From NCBI GenBank assembly GCA_002104945.1, contig MCFH01000006.1, positions 682,001-746,000 on the forward strand: a DNA stretch of 64,000 nucleotides, read 5' to 3'. A program made the translations under genes and the position numbers. The DNA is from Piromyces finnis finn. Lineage: Eukaryota > Fungi > Neocallimastigomycota. Each line of letters begins with the position of its first letter. Position 1 is the stretch's first letter. The notes below the pieces were generated by a model that was not told the DNA's origin, did no database searches, and saw nothing but the letters and a program-made list of their open reading frames with translations. Shown piece by piece: positions 1 through 17,880 of the stretch.

Positions 1-2418
1 TTTCTCCATTTTACTTTAACTAGTTTTTGTGTTAATGCTTATATACGTCGTTTTAGTAAATGAAAAAAAAAAAAAAATTTTTTTTATATTATTGTTCATT
101 TAATTAATAATATTCCCACAATGTCACATTATTCTTTGGAGTGAAAAGTCACATAAACTAGTGGAAAAGACTCATAGTAATAAATATCCTTTAAAAAAAG
201 AGAGTCAGTTAAGTTATTATTATTTGAAAAAAAATTTATAATTCATAATTCAAAAGGAATTGGCATCGAAGAATAAGAAAAATTAAAGATCTTTTCGTCC
301 TCTTTACTCTCTATGTAATTTTCTTTTATTAATTTGTGGTTTCATTTTAATTTTTATATATTTTATTTTTCTATTTTATTTAAATATAATGTATTTTAAT
401 AAAACTAAAACATTAATAAATTCATTAATGCATTTTCAATATATATATATATACAAAACAATAAAAATATTTCTATACTAATTATTAAACATTACACATC
501 TAAAGAAAATCCTACGAATATGAAAATGTATATGTTTCATGATCATGAAAATGTATAATGTAATGAAATCCTAACCTAACCATCTTTCTTTCTCATCTTG
601 TCGTGATACTTTATATATACCTTATGTTTAATCGTTGGACATAATATAAAGAAAATTTTTTTTATATTTTTTTTAATGATTTAATAATTCTAATGATTGA
701 CAAATAAAAATAACAATAACAATAAAAAATAGATAATGAATAAAGGATTCTACATTCTACTCTTTAGCTTATCATAACATTTTGATAGTCAATAACTAAT
801 ATTAGCCAATTTAAAAAAAAAAAAGTATTTTTATATATTGATTTAAATAATCATTATACTTTAACAATAAAATTTATTCTATTACAACACTTTAAACCAA
901 ATAGTTTCTTTTTTTTTTTATTTTTTTACTTTAACTTTTTTTTTCCTTATTCTATAAATATTAATAATTTTATTGAGATAATCCAATAAAAATGTATATA
1001 TTAAAATAGTTTATAAATTCTTTATATCTTTATCACTATCAATATTATTTATTATTAATGTACATTCAATTTTTAAACTCCGTTTATTTCTTATTAAAAG
1101 AATAAAGAATTGATGAAATTAACTAATAATCATTTTTATGTAATATCTAAAATAAAAAATAATATTAAATCTTGTTTTAAATTTCTAATTCTTTCATTAA
1201 ATATAAACCGACCGTTTTCAATTTTTTTAACCATTCTTTTAAACTTAATTATTTAAGAATCATTTCTACCGTTTATTTTTCTTTAACCTTTTTAACGGCA
1301 TGTTTCAATTATATCTAATTTTATTTTAAAGAGAAAACCTACTTTTCAATTTTTTTTCTATTTTTATGTTTTTACAATTAATAAAAAAATAGTACATTTT
1401 GGTGCAACAATGTATCAATAATTTGTCTCACCACCACAAAATTTCTATAAAATAAGATTTAAGCTATAACAATCAATTCCTCCTTTCTGTATTGCTTATG
1501 TTTTACAACCCCAACATTCCAATTTAACAAAATAGGTTTAAAATATCTAAAAGATGAAATTCTGAAACCTAAAAAATTATATATTTATAAATATAAAAAA
1601 AAAAATTTTTTTTTTGAATATTATAGGTTTCACAAAAAAAATTATACTTTCAAAAAAATTTATTATCAAATAATGAATTGATGAAATTTTTCCTATAATT
1701 TTTTCATGTAAAAAAAAAAAAAATTTCTAATCTTTTTTTTTTTTTCATTGAATATCTTTTCAATTTTTATTATTTAGTATTATTGCTTTGTATTCAATAG
1801 TTGCTAAAATATTTCATTCATTAGTTCATCAATTACTATTATTGCTTTTATTAATTATTTTTTTTTTACCCAATTAATATATAAATGAAAAACTATAAAT
1901 AGTTTAATACCAATAAATTCACTTGAATTTATTATGGAAGGTTGGCTTTTTTGAGGCAACATTTTACATTTTTTATTACAAAGAGTTATGATTAATTTAT
2001 TTATATATATATTTATATATTCGTTTATTTATTTATATTTTTTAATTTAATAATAATTATAGTGAAAATTTTAATATTAAAATAATATAATTAATTATAT
2101 TTTAATTTTAATGAATAAATATATAATATATTAAAGTATTATTATAAATTAAATTATTTTATTTAAATTATTATTTATTATATATAAATAAATATTCTAA
2201 ATAATTTATTAGTATTAAAAAATAAAAATATTTCAATTTATTCATCATCACTATTTGTAAATCATTTAATTTGCGGCAGGTAACAAATAAAGTATAATTA
2301 AAAAATAAATTAAAAATTTTATTGTGTTTCAATTTTATAGTTATATATTAAAATTAAAATTTTTATTTTTATACTTTATTATAGCAAGAAAAAAAAAACA
2401 TGAAAATATTCAATGATT

Positions 2419-2547
<129 letters not shown>

Positions 2548-5500
2548 ATAAACAAGTAATAGTCATAGAAATACAACTATATACATAATATATACATAAT
2601 TTAATTCTATTTTTTATTTAATGAGTACTAAATAATTATCCATCCTATATATATTTTATATTGAAAAATTTTTGTTTGGAAAAATTTAATATGCATTTCC
2701 TTTTTTAAATGAATATGTATTAAAAATGTAACAAAAACGGAATTTTTTGTTATTAAAAATATACCGTAAAAAAATTTATTGAATTTTACATTAGAAAGAA
2801 AAGAAAAAAAATAGTATTTAAAATTTTACCTTTTAAAATTCTTTTTGAAATTTCAGAAGAAAGAAAAAAGTATATTTTATAATATTTTTTATTAATCATT
2901 TTCTATGTACATTATAAATAATGTCTAGTTGTTTTTATCATTTATATTATAGATTATATATATTTAGCACTTTTTAAATAGGCTGTATAGGATGTTTTAT
3001 AATAATATTATATAAATATTAAATAAATATTATAAATAGATAATAGTATTAAAAATTACACTTTTAATTTATTTAATTATTTTTTATTTTCCTAAATTCC
3101 TAGTTTTATTATAAATTTTATATTTACAAAATAAAAAAAGTAATTAATTTTAAAAACCTTATTAATTAATATTACTAATCAAAGGCATAAAAATATATTA
3201 TCATGGGCTAAGAAAGAAATATTATTCGTATTATCGTTTGTCATTCTCTTTTTTTTTTTTTTCAAAGAACTTTGTTTAATCATTTTTAATATTTTTATAT
3301 ATTGGTGTTTAGGAAGTAGATTTTAAAGTTAAAATCATTATTTCTTGAAAAATGAACGATTTGATTTATATTTCGATAAATATTAATATCACTAAAAATA
3401 ACTTTCCATAATTATCATTCAAGATATTTAATAATCCAATAAAAAAAAAAAAAGCTTAATAATTGAAAGTGATATTTTTAATAAGTTTTTTCTTTTTTGT
3501 TTGTTTACAATACTTTTTCTAAAACAAAAAGTAAAACCAGTTGAAATATGGAATGCATATAATTATTTATTAAAAAGAGGTAAAATAATAACAATTATTA
3601 ATAATAATAGTTAGGAAATAAAGAGTTTTTAATCATTATACTTTATTATAAAATTTTGTTTCATTTCTACTTTCTACATTTTAATCTTTTTTTTTTATAG
3701 TATACTCTCATAAATAGTATTCCATATAAGACCATTATATATGAAATACTATTATTTAAATATTTATTATTAAAGTTTGACAATTAAAGTTTTAGAAAAA
3801 GATGTAATCCGTTATTAGAAAAAAATATACAAAACGCTTTGTTTTTTTGATCTTTTCCTTCCTTTTTTGTGTCATGTGAACAAATTTAATAAAAGTGATA
3901 AAACTTTAAATCATTTTTACTATCTAACCTTTGTTCCCAATTATAAAAAAATGTAGTACAATTATACATTTATGAAATTAATTTAAAAATGGTGACTTGA
4001 AATATTTAATATATTAAAATAAATATAAATTGATTGTAAATAGTATTAATAATTGTAATTGTAATATATTAAATATATTAATTGTATTTAATATAATACT
4101 AATTTATACAATAAAAGCTATTTTATTAAAAATTTAATTATCATCAAAAAATTTTAATATATTTATTCCAATACAATTAAATTATATAATTTTTAAGCTT
4201 TTCTAATTTTAATTAATAATAAACCATATTTAATAAAGTTTTATATTTAAGGATGGTAGTGTAAAAATAGATGTTGAATTTAGATAGATATTATTGAAAA
4301 TTTCATTTTATATTAATATAATAAATTAGATAATATATTATTATAATACTACAATATATTATCAATATAATTATATTAATGTATATAAAAAACAACTATT
4401 AATGTATTTTTTTTTAAAATTTTATCAATAAAAAGGTAATACTATATTAAAATATATTATTTATATTATGTACTACATATATTAGATTATAATTGAATAT
4501 AATTGAATATTTTATTATTATATATTCTTGTATTTTTGGTGTAATATTTATTGATTATAAAAAAAGTCACTAATCATAATAATATATGAAATATATTAAT
4601 AGTCCATATATAATATATTAAATATATTAATTTAATAATATAAAAATAAATTGCTTCATTCTTATTAGTTTTATGGAATAAACCAAACAAATTTTGATTT
4701 CCTTTTTTTAACTAATGAAATTGAATTAAAACGTTAATTAATATATTATAATATATCGTGTTTTATATTTATTCATTTCTATTGTTTTTTGTGGTGGTTT
4801 GTTGGGCAGGCCTTTTTTTGTTGATGGTTTTAAAAAAGGAATGACGATGTTTATTATAAATATAAATTGATGTATAAATAATAGTAGTAAAATTGTTTGA
4901 TAAAAAAGTTTAATTATTATTAATTTTAGTTTATTAATAAATAAAGTTTTTTTTCTTACTTTTCATCTAGATTTACTCAAGAAATTCTAAACATTTCATA
5001 GGTACTTTTTTTTTTTAATTCTTTAAGGGATTACTTGATAATATATTAAATAATTTTATAATTAATTTATTTGTTTTTTTTTTTTTCTGTTAAAAATAAA
5101 AATAAAAAAAATTCTTTCTTTTTTTTTTTAATTTTATTTCTTTAATTTTTAATTTTATATATTTAATTGTTTATATATTTTAATTTATACTTTAATTGGA
5201 TTAAAAAAAAAAGAAAAGAAAAAAAAAAAGAAACACAGGTGAAAATATTTATAATAAATGTAAAAATATTAAAATCAATCATGTAAAAAGAAAAAAATAA
5301 ATAAAAAAGAAATTTAGATTGAAATAAAGTAATATTAATATAATAGATTAAATTCTAAATAACAATAAAAGCAAAAGCAAACTTAATTTACCTCTGTAAA
5401 CAAATAAATTATTAATCGTCATACAATTCAAACAATAAACATTTATTAACTTTTTTTTTTGTTATGAATAATAATATACTAAAAGTAAAATAAATATGAA

Positions 5501-5642
5501 ATATAAAATTTAAAATATATATATAAATACTATACTATCAAAAATACTAAAAATAATTGAATCTAATAAATCACAATTAAACAAATTAACTAAAAAAAGA
5601 AAGAAATATATTTATAATTTTTCCACTACAACATAATTAAAG

Positions 5643-5959
5643 ATGGTTTTATTTCAAGAATATCAAGATTTTGTACCAAATGATTTTAGATTTGTTGATC
5701 ATTCTGCTATGGACATAGAAGAAAAGTATGAAGATAAAAGTAATACAGAAAATAATAAACTAGATATAAATCATATATTTGAAGATGTCATCCCATCAAA
5801 AATTGACGAATTATTAAATAAAAAACCAAATGGTAATGAATTAAATATTGATAATAATGAAGGTGTTACTATAAATTCTGCAGTAAATTCTGCAGCACCT
5901 GAAAACATAAATACAAATTCAGACAATAATAATATTAACTCTAACAATGATAATATTTC

Positions 5960-6004
<45 letters not shown>

Positions 6005-7148
6005 TAATAATAATAACAACGATAACAACAACAACAACAACAATAATAACAATAAAAACGAAAACACTGAAGTAGAAAATAAAATAGACCATAATCTTTT
6101 AAATGTGCAAAATATAAATACACAACAATTCCAACCAAATCACTTAGCAAAAACAACTTTTAAAGTTACAACTCCTACAAGAACTAGAACATATACCAGA
6201 ACATATACCAAAACTATCGTACCAACACATTCAAATTCCAATAGTAATTCGAAGGTTCAAAACACAAAAACAATACCTCCACAAAGCATTAATATTAATT
6301 CAGTAGTAAATAGTAATAATAATAACAATCAAGGTAATTCTAATAGCCAACCATCAGAAGGTTTTATTTATGAAGGTTTAAATAATGGTATTAATAAGGA
6401 ACAGAATATTATAACAGATGTTAAGGAAGATGTGAATCAAAATGGAAATGATATAGAAGCTACTATCGTACCAAATGCTGCCGATTATGGTTACTTTGCA
6501 AATAGTAATACTATTGAACAAGACATTAATCAAATTGAAGTTAATAGTAGTGAAGAAAAATCAGGTTCCAATTATACTTTTATAATCATTTTAATAACTA
6601 TTCCAATCTTAATAATATTTGGTATTGCTATTTTCTATTTTGTAAAGAAATATAAAAATGGAAAAAGAGGTAGCAATATTGTATATCCAGACGATAAAAT
6701 TAGAAAATCAAATTTATTTGGTACCCTTCAATTTTGGAATGCTAACAAACCTAATCATGTATCTATATCGAGTGGTTCTCATGGATCCCGCGGTTCTCGT
6801 ACTAACTTAACCTCTTTGTCAAATGACAGAGAATCAAATGTACCAGAATATAGTGAATGGTTAGAAGCAGGTTCTAATAATACTTTATCCATGCCTCCTG
6901 TTTCACCTCCTCCATTAGTAACAGATGACAAAGTTAATGGTTTGACTGGATCAAACTATGCTATGGGTGTTAATATTAATGATGTTAATGCAAATAATAA
7001 TGGTACATTAACTAGTGCTCAAATCAACAAACCACAAGCTGCAAGAATGGCTTGGAAATTGGAAGGAATGAGAGTTGGTAGAGATTCAACAACATCCAGA
7101 AGAAAAAGCGAAAGACAATCACTTTTCAGTTCATTCCAAGTTTGGTAA
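5643..7148 (+). CDS. Single-pass membrane protein with Asn/Thr-rich low-complexity ectodomain, function unknown
   Basis: 501-aa ORF with a poly-Asn tract (~5960-6055), a Thr-rich segment, one hydrophobic helix YTFIIILITIPILIIFGIAIFYFV followed by KKYKNGKRG, and a Ser-rich tail. No recognisable signal peptide at the ORF start. Confidence 0.8.
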
Positions 7149-8021
7149 AAAAATAAAAATAAAAAATATATCATTAAAAAAGTTTTTTAAAACAATACAG
7201 CAGTATATCTCTTTTGTTCTTATAAAATAGTATTAAGTTATTATAAATATCTTTTTTTTTTAAATTTCTTTACCCTATATATATTCCAATGTTTTATTAT
7301 TATATAATTAAATATTACAACTATTACTGTAATATTTAATAATACATTAGACATAATTTAATTCATGTAAAATAATAGATAATATAATAATATTGTCATC
7401 TCTATTTATTTATTTATTAACCCTATATTCCTTAAACATTATTTTCATCATTTTAACTATTTTTTTTCTAAAAAAAATTACAAAAATAGCAAAAAATTCA
7501 AAAAACAAAAAAACAAAAAACAGAACTTCTAGTAATAGTAATAATAAAAAAGAATTTATAATATAGTTTGTTATTAATTGTTATTTTTTTTTTTTTTTTC
7601 ATTTTTATTTTAGATAAAAAAAATAAGTATTGTATATGTAATATGTAATATATATTATTTCATAATTTTAAAATTATTTTTATCTATTATTAACATTCTT
7701 TTGTTCAAAAAAACTTATAAATAAATAAAAAATATTCATTTCAATAATTTTATGGCTATAAAAAATCTATGAACATAAATAGTATTTATAATACTCTTTT
7801 AAAAAAATTATTTAATATTGAAAGCTTTAAAATTATTTTTTGATATAATAATTAATAGATTATTAATAAATCTATAAAATAGTTTTTTCTTCTCTATTTA
7901 AAAGATAGTACAAATTATAAAAATAATATATATATATATATATATATATTACCTTTTATTATTATTTGACTTTTGAAATTTGTATTTTTTTTTTTTATTT
8001 ATTAAACTTTAGTTTTTTACT

Positions 8022-8055
<34 letters not shown>

Positions 8056-8651
8056 TTAAAATAAATGGTTTATATATGTTAAAACGCCATTTCTTTTGTT
8101 TCTTATATTTCTGTATCTATTATTATTTTTTTTTTTTAAAAAAATATATATTTATATATTATTATTAAAATTAAAGTTTATGTAAAGATTTTCAAATAAA
8201 ATTAACATGTCATATTGTTTAATATAATATGACATGTTGACATTTATTTCTATTTAATACACGATAAAATAACAACAACTACTACTACAAAGAATTAAAT
8301 GAAAATGAAAAAGGATAAAAAAAAAAAAAAAAAAAAGAAATAAAAATAAAAATCTTTTAATTTATCGTTTTGATAAGATATTTGAAAATAACAAAATAAA
8401 AAATGATATTTTAATACAGTTTTTTATTAATTATATTAATGGAACAATTTTAATTAAAAAATAATAGCTATTTTTATTAAATATATATATATAATCTTTT
8501 TATAAATATTTCAAGATATTAAATGCATAATACATAATAAAACTACTATAACAACAACTACTATAACATAAACAATAGCATTATAGGAACAACATAAAAG
8601 TAGAAAAAATAAAAATTTAAATAAAATATTTATTCTATTGAAAATAATATA

Positions 8652-11221
8652 ATGCACAGTAGAACAAGATCAACTCCTATTAGTTTTAATACTCAGAAAA
8701 AGAATGGAAATACATTAAAATCAAATAATGATACTATTAATATCATTAATCATATTAATATGTCAACATTAACAACAACTTTAGCAGTTAGCAAACATAT
8801 TCATTATCCTGTATTGAATTCAAATGAAGAAACCATAACCATAGAACCTAATTATTTCAAAGAAGGAAAAAAAAAGATTGATCATAAGAATTTATATACA
8901 AATACACCAAAAGAAAAGCTTATTCAAATAGATAAAAATTCTATTCAAAATTATTCGTCGCATAATCTACAAGATATTAAACAATATAATATTCAGGATA
9001 ACACCCAAAGTAATATTCAAAATACAATCCAAAATATTAAGCAAAATAATGATTTATATTTTCAATTAAAAGAAAATAGAAATGATTTTGTAGATAATAA
9101 CCTTCAATTAAATGATATACCATCAACATCATCATTAACTATAAATAATAATATTACAATTACTTCATCAATTCCTAATACTAATAAAATATTTGAAAAA
9201 CAGTCAGATTTAAGTGATAGTAATGATACTCTAAATGAAAATGCATATAATTTTCCTGAAGAAATATTACTGGAAGAGGAGGAAAAATCAATAGAATATA
9301 CCATGTGTCATGAGAGTATCTCAGCAACACTATTTAAATTAGTAAAATTATTAGATGATTACGCCAATGCCAGAAAATCTTTAAAAATATGGGAATACTG
9401 GTTTTATAAATGGAAAAATACTCAATGGTATACTCAAAAACAAAATCATTTAGTTTCAAAACAGAATAAGGCTAAAGAAGAATTACTGCAATTGATTGAG
9501 GTTAACTTAATAAATATATAAACTCTTTTTTTTTATTAAAAAATATTAAATTTGTGTTTAGTATTATTTTTTATTTTTACTATCAAATATTTTATATCTT
9601 TATTCTTTTTATATATATGAATATCTAATTGTTTTTTCTTTTTTTTCTTTTTTTTAATTTAGGATAATTTTAAAAATGTAAATGACTTCTTAAAAAAAAA
9701 TAATAGACAACCATCTTCTACAATATCATCAAATTATCTTTATGGATTAAAAAATACAAGAAAAATATGGATTCATCAACAACAACAGCAAACAAAAAAG
9801 GGGGTGGAAAGTAATTCATAATATTATTATATTGAAAATCGTATTATATAAAATATATGGTTTTAGCATATTTAATATTTACTGATTTATCTTTTCCTTC
9901 TAATAAATATTTAAAAATAAATAATTTATAATAAACATTAATTTTTGTATATATCTTTCAGAGTTATATCATAGTTGTTTTGGGAAAAATAATAACCCTA
10001 ATCGATCAAAAAAAATCAATAAATTAATTTCTATCGCTTCCCCTTCATCAATATCTTCTCCTGTCAATAAAGAAAAAATAAAAGTATGTCAAAATTCCTT
10101 AAGTCTAAAATATAATCGTGAATTTAAATACTATCATCATTATATTCCAGAAACTCTAAAACATATGGCAGCTTTAAATCTGGCTGTAAAATATATCAAC
10201 TTATGGTTAACACTAAAAGAAAAAACAGTATTATCAAATGAAGATAATAAAGAAATAAAAGATATAAATAAAATAAATTCCAAAAGCTGCTCTCCCATTT
10301 CTAATTCAACACTTCCTATCTCTATAAACTGTATGTCCTCTTTAATTGATAACTTTGTATATATATGTATAACTATTGCTATTGTTTTTTAAATAATCAT
10401 AATCATATAAATTATAATATATCAACAATAAATTATTCAATATTTTCCTATAATATCTTTATATTATTATAATGAAAGCAAATAAAAAGAAAAGTAATAA
10501 AAATAAGAGTATGGTTAAGTGTTCTGCTTTTTCATTAATGACAACGTTAATGAATAAACTTCAACTAAATAACAATTCTAGTGACAAAATAAATATTTCA
10601 AAAGATGGTATAAAATATAAAGAAGTTGGGAATAAAAAAATTTCTGAATTACTTCTTTTTGATATAGAAATAGAAAACAGTATAGGATATGAAGTCAAAA
10701 GGTAATAAGATTATTCATCATATATATCATTTTTTACCCATATTTGTATAGATGGGGATATAAAATAATACTATTTGAATAAAGTGTAAACCTTAAAACA
10801 TTTTACTTAATATAATTTATCATCTAATTTGTAATTAATAGATATTTAAAGGGAATTTGCATTATTGAATTGCTATTAATAAAAGTAAACTGTTTTGATG
10901 ATAAATTATTCATTCATACTATAAACTTCTTCAAACAATATATAGATTTATCATTTGTAAGTTTATTATTATTTTAAATATTTTATTCATTTAAGGGTAA
11001 AAAAAAAAAAACTATTATTTTAATTTTATATAGTAATAATAATTTTTTTTTACTAATTCTTTTTAAATCATTAGCTGATACCCTTTATGAAAGCTTACAT
11101 TATTAATTCACCAAATATTTCAAGTTGGTGTGTAGGTATGACTTGGGAATTTTTCAATTCTATAAATGAAATTAAACTTTTTTGGTCTATTATTCATAAT
11201 AAGAATAAAAAAAGGTTGTAA
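8652..11221 (+). CDS. Multi-exon hypothetical protein, family not recognised
   Basis: Phase-consistent exons read by eye: 8652-9500, 9663-~9810, 9962-~10368, ~10479-10701, 10842/10852-10956, 11075-11221. GT/AG ends, a gtaagt donor at 10957 and a tactaat branch-like site near 11051. The 3' half of the structure is uncertain. Confidence 0.5.
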
Positions 11222-11626
11222 ATAAATTAGGTTCTATTATATATATCATTTTAATTTTTTAAAAACATAAATTTTGATTTTTGAATCATAATAATAGTAT
11301 TAATCTATGTTTATTTATATTAATGTCTTATTATGATTAAATTTATTAAATTATTTATTTATTTATATATTATATATCTACTTATTATTTATTTATTTAT
11401 TTATATTATACCAAATTATCAAAATTAAAATTTAATTACATTGTATAGCTTTATAAAACATTAAATAATATGTTGAAATTTAAAAGTTTTTTCTTTTTAT
11501 ATTTGTAATATATAGTCGTTATAAAATATCTTAAAAAATTAAAAGTTATAAAAAGAAACTGAAATTCAAAGTTTTGATTGTAATTAAAATGTGATATATT
11601 AAAATATATAAATTTATAAATTAATA

Positions 11627-11661
<35 letters not shown>

Positions 11662-11851
11662 TAAAAAATCAGAATTTCAAAAAATAAAAGTTAATACTTT
11701 AATTTATTTTATAAAATTAACAATATACAATATATATTTTATTTATATGATAATATAATTTTTTACTATATATATTTATATATAGCAGTATAGTAGTATT
11801 ATAGTAACGTTATTAAAGAATATTAAATTTATTTAAATTTCTAAAATAATA

Positions 11852-14427
<2,576 letters not shown>

Positions 14428-14777
14428 AAACACTGATATTTATACATCATTAAATCTTTATTATTATTATATATAACAAAGATCTAATATATAATATAAT
14501 ATAAAAAAAAAAAAAATAAATAAAAAATAAAATAAAATAAAAATAAAGAAAAACATTAAACAAATGGCAAATAAATTTTAAAATAATAATTAACAATATG
14601 GTATTATTACTATAATTGTCCAAGTAATAAGAAATACATGAATGATAAATAATGTGTATGTGTGTTTTATGTATTTATTTATTTAGTTTCTTAAATTAGT
14701 AAAGTTATTCTATCGAGTGTAAAATAAAGTGAATATATACATTATAATATGTATACACCAATTTTTTAAAATTCAAT

Positions 14778-16423
14778 CTACTTTTTCTTTTTTGTTTTTT
14801 GTTGCTTTCTTTGGAGGTAGCGTTGAAGAGCTGCTTTTCTTGAGTCTTCAACAGAAATTTGATTTTTAACTTCTTCTTCTTTAGTTTCATCATATTTTTG
14901 CTTTTTCATTATTGAAGAGGCTTGATTGGAATACTTTTGAGAATCTTGTTTTATCTTTCTTTTGTTATCCTTATTAATTTTTTTTTTATCTTTCTCTATT
15001 GATTCCTTCTCACGATAATTTGAGGCATCGTTGTTTATTTCATCATTATCATCATACTTTTCATCTTCTGAATTTTCTTCTTTAACAATCGAATAAACAT
15101 CTTTTTCTAATAATTTAGAATAATCAACTTTATCTATACTAGTCAATAGATCCTTAACCCATTCATAATTAATGATACTAACATGTCGTAAATAACAACG
15201 ATTTGTAAAAATGGTATGGTGATATATAATCCATTCGAGATAATGTGAATCTTGTGAATGTGATGAGGAATAAATACTAGAGTTTGGATGAATAAATAAT
15301 GGAATAAGTTCTTGTTGTTGATCTTTTTTAAATAATTTTGTAAGGGTATCTGAAGTTGATTGTTTATAATTGTAAAAATAAGGACGACTAGTAAATCGTT
15401 TTGCAACATTTATAAAATAGGCTTGACATATAGATTTTATTATTAAAGAGTAATCATAATCTTTCATGGTTCCATCATATTCATCTTCATCATTAGTATC
15501 ATCAAAAGAATAATGTTGGTGATGGTGACGACGATGATGATGATGATAATTTTGATTATTTCTACTACTATTAACAGAATTATCAATTGAATTTTTCTTG
15601 ACACGACATGATATAATAGGTAAATGAAGCTTTTGAAATATTAATTCTAATTGATTTTTAATATTTTTTGCAGTCACTAAAGCTCTATAATGTAAGAAAT
15701 ATTTCTTACACCATTCCTTAGAACACTGACCAAGTGATGGAGACACCCATTGTTTATATATATTTAGCATAGTCATATGATCTCCAGAAATATGATGAAA
15801 ATAACTGTGGGCTTTATGTGCCTCTTCCTGCTTTTTTTGTCCCCTGGGTGATATATAAACATCTTCTACTGATAACATCGATACAATAATAATCATTTCT
15901 GCGCTACATTTAAATTTAATTGATGCTAAAAGTACCTTTGCTAAATAAGGTGAAATTGGAAAATCTGCCATTACATTGCCTGTTTCTGTAATCTTACCAT
16001 TATTATCCAATGCTTTATTTAATAATAGAAATTCAAATTCATATTATTATAATTATAATTAATATTATATATATGGATATTAGACAATGTTAACTATTTT
16101 ATAAAAAAAAAAATATAAAAATATAAATCTTTACCTTTTAAAAAGAATAATTCTTGAATTGCCTTAACCTCTAAAAATAAATCAGGTTTATCAATGAAAT
16201 CAAAATCTAATATATTTTTCAATTTTAATTTTTTTAATAAAAGAACTGATACTAAAAGATTACATCTTTTTATTTCTGGTAATGTATCTTGTTCTAATTC
16301 TTCATAGGACAATTTACTATATAGTCTATAAACTTTTCCATTTTGAGTTCTATATAAAAATATATAGTAAATAACAATATAAAAGCAAAATAAAAAATAA
16401 TAATAATTAATGTTTATAGCTAA

Positions 16424-16454
<31 letters not shown>

Positions 16455-17880
16455 TATTAAAAATAAGAAACTATATAAATATAAAAATACCTTCCAGCAC
16501 GTCCAGCTCTTTGTATAGCTGCTGTCTTACTAATTGGTGTGATATCTAATATATCCATTGACAATTCTGGTTTATATATAAATTGTTTCACAAAACCTGA
16601 ATCAATAACATATTTAATTCCTGGGATTGTTAAAGATGTCTAATTTAAAAATAGATCATATTAGCATTATGTTGTTATTGTTCTTAATAAAATTTATAAG
16701 TGATAAATCAATAGCATTTCTACCTGAGCAATATTTGTAGCAAAAATAATTTTTCGGTACCCTTTTGGTACTTCTTTAAATATAGATTTTTGATGTCTTG
16801 TTTCTAGAACAGAATAAATTGGATAAATATATAAGCCTTTAATAAATCTTGATTCAATCTCACTTTCATGTGTTGAAGAATCATTATATTCATTATCAAA
16901 TGCTCTATTTTTTAATTTTTCCATTAAATGGCTATCTTTCAGTTTTACTTTAGAATAAAGCTTTTTATTGTATGAAAAAGAAGAATAGTCTAGTTCTTGT
17001 TCCAATTCTTTAATTTCTTTGCATGCCCTTTCAATTTCACTTTGTCCTGTTAAAAAAACCAAAATATGACCCAAAGATTGGTTTTTATGAATATCAAGAG
17101 CAGTATCTACTGCTAATGAAATATATTTTGATTTTAATGAAGCAAAATTTAATTTTTTTTGATAATAGATATCAATATCAAAGAGTCTGCCGGGTATTGA
17201 AAAAATAGGGCATGCATCAAAAAAATCTGAAAATTTCACCATATTTAAAGTGGCACTCATAACTAATAATTTTAAATCACTACGTTGTTGACATGCTTTT
17301 TTCATTAAACCTAATAAAATATCAGTTTCTATAGAACGTTCATGTGCTTCGTCAATGATAACAATATTATAATTAAGAAGTAAAGGATCTTCTATAATTT
17401 CTCTCAATAAAACACCATCAGTCATATAAGTTAATTTGGTTACATTAGGGGTTGTTACATTTTCAAAACGAATTTTATATCCAATTTCTTTTCCTAATTG
17501 ATGGCTATTTCTATCGCCACTATATTCACGACTAACCTGTTGGGCAGCTGCAATTGCTGCAATACGTCTGGGTTGGGTAACAACTATTGATTTTTTATTG
17601 GGATACCTTTTTTTAATTTCATTATTCTCATCACTATCATTTTGAAACTCTAATTCATTTAAAATATATTGTGGTAATTGAGTTGTTTTCCCACTTCCTT
17701 CAAAAATTTAATTTTTTTTAAAAAAAAATAGAAAAAAAGCTGTTAAAAAATTTGTGAAATATTAATTTCTTTTAAAAAATAAATACCTGTTTCACCCACA
17801 ATAACAAGTATTTGATATTGTTGAATGGCATCAAGTAACTTGTCTTTATACTGATAAATTGGAATATGCTTATTATACAT
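14778..17880 (-). CDS. DHX40: DEAH-box RNA helicase, DHX40-like, 5 exons
   Basis: Motifs [51 protein letters not shown] and QRAGRAGR, then HA2/OB-like regions ([17 protein letters not shown]). [10 protein letters not shown] and FLTGQxEIE are closest to DHX40 as I recall it. The start codon may lie further upstream. Confidence 0.85.

Noticed and set aside
1395-1575. Slightly GC-richer patch reading LECWGCKT*AIQKGGIDCYSLNLIL*KFCGGETNY* on the minus strand
   Set aside because: Could be a decayed pseudogene, but there are several stops and no recognisable family.
5771-6156. Antisense and alternate-frame ORFs within real genes (also 20678-21313, 28654-28926, 48411-48605, 61294-61509)
   Set aside because: Shadows of low-complexity codons in the true frame, with no independent motifs.
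8204-8238. 10-bp inverted repeat AACATGTCAT/ATGACATGTT upstream of the 8652 gene
   Set aside because: Too short to distinguish from chance; no second occurrence found.
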